Virus record (IMG/VR): IMGVR_UViG_3300043103_000219
Coordinates: 1 to 26,112 of that record
Direction: 5' to 3' (one strand)
Length of the DNA: 26,112 nucleotides
From: a virus
Lineage: Duplodnaviria > Caudoviricetes
The position numbers and the translations under genes are program-made. Shown piece after piece: positions 19,901-26,112 of the stretch; positions within the stretch are counted from its first letter, which is position 1, and each line of letters starts with the position of its first letter. The notes under the pieces were generated by a model. The model was not told where the DNA came from, did not search any database, and saw only the letters and a program-made list of their open reading frames with translations.

Positions 19901-20104
19901 CCAACTTATCTCTCTAACCAATTCAGGTGAAAGCTCTAATTTAGCATGTGCAATATCTCCCGCTAAATAGATGAGTGAATTTTCCGTACCTCTTTTACGA
20001 ATTTCTTCAAACATCTTTTCAAAGACTTGTCTATACTCTTTATGCCTTTGTACGTTACGAATGTGTACATCCGCAATATGATAGATTGTTTTTAATCTTT
20101 TCAT
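16958..20104 (-). CDS. fused Mre11/SbcD nuclease-Rad50/SbcC ATPase (T4 gp47/gp46-like recombination nuclease)
   Basis: Metallophosphoesterase motifs ADVH, AGD, GNHD, GDIH, YAGS; Walker A APNAAGKSS; Q-loop SLQG; coiled coil with CNFC hook; signature CSGME; Walker B VIDEGFG; ISH. Confidence 0.92.
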   Translation of the reverse strand: MKRLKTIYHIADVHIRNVQRHKEYRQVFEKMFEEIRKRGTENSLIYLAGDIAHAKLELSPELVREISWLFTECSKHCETILITGNHDCNMNNSDRLDVLTPIVDALNLPNFTYLKDTQVYSVGDVDFGVFSIFDNKENWPKGNTLFGNKKIALFHGPVDNSTTDIGYVVSSRHFTTDMFDGYDLALLGDIHKRQTMISPSGCKVVYAGSLVQQNFGESLNGHGFLVWDLDSMKYEAIDIPNEYGYYTLDIDNGVVPIVTDMPKKPRLRVRLSNTDTADTKKVITEIKMRYGVEDFTIIRTDSFNKQKTGNRLSKLDFEDVTDINHQNTLVRDYVQRMMPFTTATDLDALEVINRDINSRITQEEIHRNIHWKPIKFTFSNMFSYGEDNKIDFQKIGGLMGLFAPNAAGKSSLFDAISFCLYDKSSRAFKAQNIMNNRKSDFQCELHFQVNGMDFYIKRTAKTINKGKNVKVDVQFWKEEGGVTTSLNGTERRDTNAVIEQYVGKYEDFVLTALSLQGNNSIFIDKSQSERKDLLAQFMGLNVFDKLYETATEDIKEVAVLIKNFKKTDFTSELAEKALEKQTKKSELRGLEKTLESRTIDVNDLSDRILGLTKELVPVDGNLDLEKLEQKRNDIGRDILHVLSEEKIKKGKLDEYTNSISEISQSIEEKKYINQQPIEEAKKEWDELKSSINNTERYIGLVEQSLETNREKLTHLAQHEYDPNCNFCMNNVFVKDAKETEKKVEEQMADLEEMEGKLNSLINQAKQLADVDEQWDELVELKSKYQKAIVIKEKTIAELNGFTTQQQLYDNQLDQVKADIQKYHDNEDTIKRNKQIESVINGLNKTKGEIELEIKSINKDIAGLNGSISSLESFIDGIKGKMNDVKELEEKNRLYTYYLDAVKRDGVPYELISKAMPVIENEINNILGQVVDFGIVMDIDGKNINAKIVYEDQEWPLEMCSGMEKFVSGLAIRVALINICNLPRPNFLVIDEGFGTLDANNLSSLFMMMQYLKTQFDFIWMISHLEQMRDIVDGLIEIKKIDGFSKIDF

Positions 20105-21042
20105 AAACTATTTATTTTGTTTAATAGTAATTCTTCCGATGAGAATTCTTTAGTTTTATTTAATTCTTCATAAAATTTATCATAACCCATATCCGAAGCA
20201 TCTTTATCTCTAAGATACATCATCTTAACATTTATACCTTGCTTTCTAAAATATTCTGCTGCTTTAAGTGCTTCATTAATCGCATCATTATCTAATGAAA
20301 TAATAATATCACTCACTCCACTCATAAAGATTTTTTCCACTAATATTTTCGATGGAAACTTACCTAATAATGGAATAGCATTTCTTTTAATTGTAATAGC
20401 ATCAAATACGCCCTCACATAATATGATTGGTTCATTCCAATTAACTTGCGATTCGAATGCTATAATATTTTTACTGATTGGTGGGTTTTTGTATTTCATT
20501 TTCTCTTCAGAATAATATGAACGAGAAACGAAATAGTTTAATTGACCATTTAAATCATACGATGGAATAATAACTCTTCTACTATATAATCCCTCTTTAC
20601 AATATCCAATATTGTATTTAATTATCTCCTTTATACCAATACCTCTTTGAGTAAGATAAAACATAGCATGCTTATATTCAGGATTAAACCCTTTACCTTC
20701 TTCCGCTAGTGAAATGAATTCTTTTGGTAATTGGATAAATACTTTGGTTTCCGCATCTTCATTTTGAGTATTATAATTGGAATCTCCATATATTTCTCTA
20801 ATTATTGATATAGTTTTTCTATCTACATCTAATTTACGAAGTAATGATGTTAATTTCTTACCACCGCTATTACAAGTCCAACAATGCCATTTTTGAGTTT
20901 CGGTATTGACTTGGAGTTTCGGCTTATGATGATTACAAAACGGACAATGGAATGCCAATTCGTTTCCTCTCAACGTAAGACCGTTGCCCAATACATTAGT
21001 AAGGGCATTAATTACCTTATTTTTATCATTGCTACTTAACAC
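20101..21042 (-). CDS. DnaG-type phage DNA primase
   Basis: Zn finger CPFC..H...CWTC, YLTQRGI, RVIIP, TOPRIM CEGVFDA and LDND, KD. GTG start. Confidence 0.9.
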   Translation of the reverse strand: MLSSNDKNKVINALTNVLGNGLTLRGNELAFHCPFCNHHKPKLQVNTETQKWHCWTCNSGGKKLTSLLRKLDVDRKTISIIREIYGDSNYNTQNEDAETKVFIQLPKEFISLAEEGKGFNPEYKHAMFYLTQRGIGIKEIIKYNIGYCKEGLYSRRVIIPSYDLNGQLNYFVSRSYYSEEKMKYKNPPISKNIIAFESQVNWNEPIILCEGVFDAITIKRNAIPLLGKFPSKILVEKIFMSGVSDIIISLDNDAINEALKAAEYFRKQGINVKMMYLRDKDASDMGYDKFYEELNKTKEFSSEELLLNKINSL

Positions 21043-21046
21043 ATCC

Positions 21047-21078
21047 CAAATATACTACAAATATTTGATATTACCAAA
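21047..21078 (-). promoter_or_regulatory. Bacteroidetes-type primary sigma promoter (-33 TTTG / -7 TAnnTTTG)
   Basis: Minus strand TTTG-GTAATATCAAATATTTGTAG(20 nt)-TATATTTG. Exact consensus match, intergenic, upstream of the primase. Confidence 0.72.
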
Positions 21079-21086
21079 TTTTTTGG

Positions 21087-21494
21087 TTATAAAAACCAAT
21101 CTTCGGGTATTTCTTTATCTGCGTATTTGAATCCGTTCTTATCGCACCAATCTGCGTAAGTAGTTTTTGAGTTTTTACTTATTTTGTTTTTGGAATTGGA
21201 AAATACGAATCGTATATCCAAATTGGGGTTTTGTTGTTTAACTAATAGATGTTTCTTCCTATCCGCTGTAAGGAATCTTCCTTTAGTTTCTACGAAAATA
21301 CCATTAGGCAACTTAAAATCAGGATTGTAAGTATGTTGAGAAGCAGGTATAGTATAAGCCACCTTTTCGGATTCATACTTAACCTCCATACCCTTCCCTT
21401 CGATTTGTATTGAAATATTTTCTTCAAGACCAGATTTAAAGCCATATTTTCTAGCAACCCAATTGCTAGATTTCTTTGTAACTTTTTTAGCCAT
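21087..21494 (-). CDS. T7 endonuclease I-like Holliday junction resolvase
   Basis: FKSGLE, YNPDFKLPNGIFVETKGRF (PD-(D/E)xK), DRKKHLL, LDIRFVFSN, TTYADWC. Confidence 0.92.
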   Translation of the reverse strand: MAKKVTKKSSNWVARKYGFKSGLEENISIQIEGKGMEVKYESEKVAYTIPASQHTYNPDFKLPNGIFVETKGRFLTADRKKHLLVKQQNPNLDIRFVFSNSKNKISKNSKTTYADWCDKNGFKYADKEIPEDWFL

Positions 21495-21498
21495 TAAA

Positions 21499-21708
21499 TT
21501 ATTTTTTTAATGAATCAGAGTATTTAGCGAAATTCTTTTCACCACCTCTACCTTGCTTAAATTTAGTAGCAGTTAATACTTGCTCATCTGCTTTCTTTAA
21601 ATCGTTTGTAGTGTAAGGAGTTTGTAAATTCTGACCAGCTTCAAATGAAATTTTATCAACACCTAATGATGCTTGAGCTGCTTTGTATAATTCTAAAATC
21701 TTTGACAT
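21499..21708 (-). CDS. small hypothetical protein (possibly virion-associated)
   Basis: 69-aa ORF filling the gap, preceded by a TATTTATA motif. Confidence 0.65.
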   Translation of the reverse strand: MSKILELYKAAQASLGVDKISFEAGQNLQTPYTTNDLKKADEQVLTATKFKQGRGGEKNFAKYSDSLKK

Positions 21709-21724
21709 ATTATTGTTTCTTTAG

Positions 21725-21732
21725 TATAAATA
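21725..21732 (-). promoter_or_regulatory. TATTTATA putative late-promoter motif
   Basis: 16 nt upstream of the ATG at 21708, intergenic. Confidence 0.55.
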
Positions 21733-21736
21733 TAAG

Positions 21737-22918
21737 TTAAGTATCAAAACGGATAATAAAGTTTACAGGTATATCCGGTTCTGATTTAATTGGTTGTGGT
21801 AATTTAGCAACTGCTACTAAATCACAATTATCATCGTATAATCCAATGGTTGTTATAAATGGTGCTAAGAATGAACCAGTGCTATCCATCGAACCACTTA
21901 TATCATAATGTTCAAATCCCGCTTTAATAGTTCCAACTGAACCACTAAATCTATAATCCAAAACATTGCCGTTTTCCAATGTTGTTAATTTTTTAATATA
22001 TTTTGTACCAGCGTTTGTAGTTACCTTTCTTCTGATATTATCGGATGTAACAATATACTCATCAACTTTACCAACTTCAACTATTGCTGATGGATTTTGT
22101 GATATATTAAATTCATCTTCATTTACAATCAAAAGATATTCGTGCTCATAAATTGTTTTGGTTGATTTATAATCCAATTGCCATCCGTTTACTAATCTAC
22201 TAGCAACATCTTTTGTTATTACAATTAATCCTTGATTATAAAATACGTTACCAATTTTAATACCTTGCGCTTGTTCGGGTAAAAATGAAATATCGTCTGC
22301 TATTGCTATTCCCGATTCAATATCCAAACTAATCAAATTTATTGTTGGTCTTGGGATTCCATTATATATAATATCCAATGTTCCAGATTGTATATCAAAT
22401 GCTCCAATATACGTTTCTAACGATGCCGAATATATATTCTCATCTAAATCTATAAAATTAAATATTTCGTTTTCTATATCAATTCTCGAAATATTAATTT
22501 GGTCTCTATTATCTTGTAGATTTCCAAATCTATCATCGATATACGATATTTCATTTAATTGATTTTGATTATCTATTAATTTTACTGAACCTTTTTTTAT
22601 TCCCTCACCAACGTATATATTTGGAATAGATAGTACTTTAGCAGAACCACTTAAAAATCTTTCTTTTGCTAATTTAGCATTTGTATATGATTTTTTCTTA
22701 TGCCCACTTCTTAAAAATACATTATCACCCGAATCAAAATAGAATTGGGCTCTTAATTGTCCGTAAATTGAATTTTGTGGATATAGGCCAGATAAAACCG
22801 ATGATGTTTCATTTGCTTCTAATAATTCAATTTCATTAGAAGTATCATCAAAACTCCATTCCTTATACGCCTTAAATGGGCGAATACTAATATCAGATTT
22901 TGGTATTTTTTTCAACAT
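21737..22918 (-). CDS. putative baseplate/tail-collar structural protein
   Basis: Likely start is ATG 22918 (MLKKIPKSD) rather than TTG 22936. C-terminal ITTIGLYDDNCDLVAVAKLPQPI is shared with the neighbour, as are NISQNPS and GNVFYNQGLIVI-like segments. Confidence 0.6.
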   Translation of the reverse strand: MLKKIPKSDISIRPFKAYKEWSFDDTSNEIELLEANETSSVLSGLYPQNSIYGQLRAQFYFDSGDNVFLRSGHKKKSYTNAKLAKERFLSGSAKVLSIPNIYVGEGIKKGSVKLIDNQNQLNEISYIDDRFGNLQDNRDQINISRIDIENEIFNFIDLDENIYSASLETYIGAFDIQSGTLDIIYNGIPRPTINLISLDIESGIAIADDISFLPEQAQGIKIGNVFYNQGLIVITKDVASRLVNGWQLDYKSTKTIYEHEYLLIVNEDEFNISQNPSAIVEVGKVDEYIVTSDNIRRKVTTNAGTKYIKKLTTLENGNVLDYRFSGSVGTIKAGFEHYDISGSMDSTGSFLAPFITTIGLYDDNCDLVAVAKLPQPIKSEPDIPVNFIIRFDT

Positions 22919-22924
22919 ATCATA

Positions 22925-22932
22925 TATAAATA
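22925..22932 (-). promoter_or_regulatory. TATTTATA putative late-promoter motif
   Basis: Immediately downstream of the terminator and 6 nt upstream of ATG 22918. Confidence 0.55.
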
Positions 22933-22942
22933 TCAAATTAAC

Positions 22943-22966
22943 AAAAAACCCCCATTGAAGGGGGTT
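22943..22966 (-). terminator. Rho-independent terminator
   Basis: Minus strand AACCCCC-TTCAAT-GGGGGTT followed by a T run, 22 nt after the stop at 22989. Confidence 0.85.
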
Positions 22967-22988
22967 GAATGTTAGTTATATTCTCTGA

Positions 22989-24206
22989 TTAGAAATCTAA
23001 TTTAACTTTAATTGCTATCTCTTTATCGAATGATTTTGCAATCGGTTGAGAGGTTTTTGCTACTGCTAATAGTTCGTTTCCATCATCATAAAGACCTACA
23101 GTAGTGATATATACTTTAGGGTCTTTTTCAAACGATGAATTAACAAATGCTCCAACTGAACCTGTTACGAATGTTGGGTTATTTGAGAAGTTAAACTCTC
23201 TATTGTTTGCTCTTACGAAGTAATGCGATGTTGAAACGTTTTCAGTTCTACGAGCTTGAAAATCGGCTCCTTTTTTCAATGCATCATATAATTTCAATGA
23301 ACCTGATACTGAACCCGATTGGTGATATTGTGCAGTTGTTGAACCAGCTGCTGCCATTAAATTACCACCCACCGATGCTGATAATGCTGATGGGTTTAAT
23401 AGAATGATTCCCATATCAGGGTAGAATAAACCAAATCCTTGTCCATTGGATGCCGTGTAAGTATTTATATCAGATGTTAATGATGAACCAATGTTCAATG
23501 AACCACTAACTAAATTATATACTCTACCCGCAGTTGTTACGTTTTCATCAGTTCCACCACTATCATCAATTAATGTTACCAATCCTACTGAACCAGATAA
23601 GTTAATTGAAATGTTACCTGGGTCTAATTTTTCCTTATATCTAGCTCTACTTACATTTAATGCGTAGAAAGATGTCATATCATTTCCAGCGTAATCCGTA
23701 AAATATGCATCAGCTGAATCTAATAATACGTTTTTTAATTGATTATAGATTGCTTTTGAAGAAAGTGTTGATGAATCATCTTGCTGTAATGTAGGTACAC
23801 CATATGCGTTTGCATCACCATATGCAATTGAAAACTGAACTTCTGCAGATGCGGTAGCTGGGTTTTCATTATAAACATCTAAATAATATTTACCCGTTGT
23901 AGAGTTAAGTTGTGTAGATGAAGTATATACAGCGTTTAATGAACCGACATCGCCACTCCATATTCCAGAAGTTACAATTTCAGTTCTATTAGTTACTTTA
24001 TCAATTGCACCAAACTTTTTGTAAATACCATTTGTTACGCTTGTTAAGTCGGAGCTGATTTGCTCTCCTTCACCCAAAAATTGGTTTAAGATTCTAACAA
24101 ATTCGTTAGTATCTATTGGAGTGCCTGCGGTATTTGCTGCGCCTGCTAAGTATTGTGATAAATTACTTGCTAATAGGGCTCCTCTATTGTCTCTTATTAA
24201 TGCCAT
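22989..24206 (-). CDS. putative baseplate/tail-collar structural protein
   Basis: 405 aa, G/S/T-rich. GLFYPDMGIILL, FNFSNNPTF, YITTVGLYDDGNELLAVAK. Paralogous to 21737-22918. Confidence 0.6.
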   Translation of the reverse strand: MALIRDNRGALLASNLSQYLAGAANTAGTPIDTNEFVRILNQFLGEGEQISSDLTSVTNGIYKKFGAIDKVTNRTEIVTSGIWSGDVGSLNAVYTSSTQLNSTTGKYYLDVYNENPATASAEVQFSIAYGDANAYGVPTLQQDDSSTLSSKAIYNQLKNVLLDSADAYFTDYAGNDMTSFYALNVSRARYKEKLDPGNISINLSGSVGLVTLIDDSGGTDENVTTAGRVYNLVSGSLNIGSSLTSDINTYTASNGQGFGLFYPDMGIILLNPSALSASVGGNLMAAAGSTTAQYHQSGSVSGSLKLYDALKKGADFQARRTENVSTSHYFVRANNREFNFSNNPTFVTGSVGAFVNSSFEKDPKVYITTVGLYDDGNELLAVAKTSQPIAKSFDKEIAIKVKLDF

Positions 24207-24214
24207 AGTTTAAA

Positions 24215-24838
24215 TTATTGAACGTATGTTACGGTTACCGGAATTGTTTGTGAACCACCCGTTTCGTTACCATAAACAGTTATTGTTGTTTTGATAGTCG
24301 AAGTTAAAGATGGGTTTGGAATAAATTTGAAAGATAATCCTTTAGCGATTGCTGCCGTTGCAGATACATCATCACCAATAAATACTGGCACCGTACCCAC
24401 ATCCGCACTAACTCCTTCACCTACAATATCACCAGCGTTTTTGTTGGATAATACAATTGTATATCCCATTCTTCTATTTCCGGCAGGAGATGTTGTTGGA
24501 GAAAGTGAAACTTCACCACTTCTTTGATTAACTGCAATATTAGGAACACCAAATTCTACCACAGGAATACGAGTTGTATTCTTTGGAAGCGTTACTAATT
24601 TATATTTCATTACTTGCGTTTCATCGGGATTAGCTTCTAATACTGGCATATTTTTAATTGCCGCATCATAATAAGCTGAACCCAATGGGTGTGCTGGTTC
24701 ATAAAGTGAATAATCAATCTCATCATCTGCTAAAGCAAATTGAGTGATGTTCAACCCCTGTCCTGCTGCTAATTTTTCTCTACCCTTTTTAGTAAGAATC
24801 GCATCAACAGTCAATTCTGTATTACTTAAATATCCCAT
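24215..24838 (-). CDS. putative virion structural protein (tail-collar-like N-terminus, Ig-like C-terminus)
   Basis: AILTKKGREKLAA...LNITQFALADD resembles the start of P2 gpH/DUF3751-type domains. Beta-rich C-terminus. Confidence 0.55.
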   Translation of the reverse strand: MGYLSNTELTVDAILTKKGREKLAAGQGLNITQFALADDEIDYSLYEPAHPLGSAYYDAAIKNMPVLEANPDETQVMKYKLVTLPKNTTRIPVVEFGVPNIAVNQRSGEVSLSPTTSPAGNRRMGYTIVLSNKNAGDIVGEGVSADVGTVPVFIGDDVSATAAIAKGLSFKFIPNPSLTSTIKTTITVYGNETGGSQTIPVTVTYVQ

Positions 24839-24858
24839 AGTTTAATATTATCTTTGTT

Positions 24859-24866
24859 TATAAATA
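24859..24866 (-). promoter_or_regulatory. TATTTATA putative late-promoter motif
   Basis: 20 nt upstream of ATG 24838, intergenic. Confidence 0.55.
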
Positions 24867-24885
24867 TTATATTTTTAAAATTCCG

Positions 24886-26112
24886 TTATTCTACTTCCAA
24901 AATTGGTTCACTTGCATCTCTACCAGCTTTATTTACCTTTAACGTATTAGGATTAGAAGTAAATGTTTCAATAGGAGATGAACCATCTAATGTTGTTGCA
25001 GCGGTATTTTTTGAACCTCTAAAGAAAGAATTTTGTAATCCTCTCGTTAAATCCGATGTATTTCTATAATGCGTTGATAAATACCCATCTAATGGTACTA
25101 CTTTAACAATACTACCCGTCCCTGCATTTATATCCTTCGAATTGGAGTAAGGTTGTACATTTAAATATGTTTCAGTATAAGTTTGTATATCCGAAACATA
25201 TCCACCACGCGGGTCACCCAATCCATTAACCGATGCGGTAATTGCAAACTTAGTTACGATTCTTTCCTTTTGCTCCGTTACTAAATCTACTTTAACTCTT
25301 TCCTTAACTCTTCTATTTTCTTTATCGAAATATGTTCTAATAGCATGTCCACTTTGTGCATAAATACCAAATCCTAAATTTTCATATGTACTTTGTCCAA
25401 CAATGGTATTCGTATCATATATATCGATTTCCGACAATATAGATGGATTTCCCAATTCTGCATTTATTACAATTTCTTTTTGATAATATTCAGATGTTAT
25501 ATCATTTTGAGTATTATAATCATATTCCGCTTGAATCTGATAACTATCGGCAGTTGTTGTTTGTAAAGATGCCGTATATATAGTAGCACTATATTGGTTA
25601 TTTTCTACACTAATTTGTTCCGATAAATCCGAATTTATTATAGCAAGATACTGATTTGAATCTGCTATTAAATTGGTTGTATCTGAATATTTTATGTTTG
25701 CCTCATTCTGATATTCATCAGCCGTAGGTCTTTTTTGTTCAATCTTATTTCTTTCTAAAATATGCGGTTCAATTAACAAACCGGTAGTTGCTTTAACTCT
25801 TGCGGGTAACATATTCTTAATATCCTCAAACATAGATTTCTCATATAGTTTGATTAAGTTTATGTAAGCATATATATCTCTACCATCAAATCTATCAAAA
25901 TAATAGCTTCTTAAACTATCTAATTTTGAATATTTTGGTTTATAATCATCCGATGGGTCTCCAATGTAATTATCCAAATTAATTCCACCAAACGATTTTG
26001 CAATATCTAAATTTAATTCCTTTGTAGGAGAGAAAAATAATCCAACTCTATTTGAATCAGTTGGCGATTGGTCAAATGATTTTTTAGTTGCTCTATTTTT
26101 TATAGATAAATC
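24886..26112 (-). CDS. large putative baseplate/virion protein, C-terminal part only (5' end outside the window)
   Basis: The frame stays open from 25977 to the right edge (DLSIKNRATKKSFDQSPTDSNRVGLFFSPTKELNLDIAKSFGGINLDNYIGDP...). Contains LPARVKATTGLLIEPHILER and lies among structural genes. Confidence 0.6.
   Translation of the reverse strand, partial: DLSIKNRATKKSFDQSPTDSNRVGLFFSPTKELNLDIAKSFGGINLDNYIGDPSDDYKPKYSKLDSLRSYYFDRFDGRDIYAYINLIKLYEKSMFEDIKNMLPARVKATTGLLIEPHILERNKIEQKRPTADEYQNEANIKYSDTTNLIADSNQYLAIINSDLSEQISVENNQYSATIYTASLQTTTADSYQIQAEYDYNTQNDITSEYYQKEIVINAELGNPSILSEIDIYDTNTIVGQSTYENLGFGIYAQSGHAIRTYFDKENRRVKERVKVDLVTEQKERIVTKFAITASVNGLGDPRGGYVSDIQTYTETYLNVQPYSNSKDINAGTGSIVKVVPLDGYLSTHYRNTSDLTRGLQNSFFRGSKNTAATTLDGSSPIETFTSNPNTLKVNKAGRDASEPILEVE

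Noticed and set aside
22919-22936. TTG start at 22936 given by the ORF track
   Set aside because: The extension runs through the TATTTATA motif next to the terminator, so ATG 22918 is more plausible.
3896-25069. Short plus-strand ORFs in the track (for example 3896-4201, 14014-14307, 15145-15429, 18135-18527, 24854-25069)
   Set aside because: They are antisense shadows of long, motif-bearing minus-strand genes, have no recognisable motifs, and many use non-ATG starts.
25975-25977. Start at 25977 for the last ORF
   Set aside because: The frame is open to the window edge, so the gene is 5'-truncated.
1-26112. Stop-codon reassignment as in some Bacteroidota phages
   Set aside because: Long intact ORFs tile the window under code 11, and TAA, TGA (4466, 20101) and TAG (5884) all terminate genes at natural ends.

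Overview
AT-rich (roughly 30% GC by eye), gene-dense segment of a large tailed-phage genome, probably infecting a Bacteroidota host: two promoters match the Bacteroidetes TTTG-N20-TAnnTTTG form, and one virion protein carries DUF5977/SprB-like modules. It uses the standard genetic code and almost all genes are on the minus strand. From right to left it holds baseplate/tail-collar-like structural genes (21.5-26.1 kb) with an intrinsic terminator; a recombination/replication block (T7 endonuclease I-like resolvase, DnaG-type primase, single-polypeptide Mre11/SbcD-Rad50/SbcC fusion); a 59-aa plus-strand ribbon-helix-helix gene missing from the ORF track; a tail fibre with a Peptidase_S74 chaperone plus an adhesin-like protein; and a tightly packed glycan-modification cluster of at least 11.5 kb. 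That cluster includes two GT7 galactosyltransferases with a LamG domain inserted in the catalytic fold, other GT-like proteins, a methyltransferase, a radical SAM enzyme, a stand-alone LamG protein and SGNH hydrolases. The leading hypothesis is a phage-encoded virion glycosylation system, possibly acting on the Ser-Gly-Ser motifs that are concentrated in the structural proteins. All family calls are by motif recognition, not database search.
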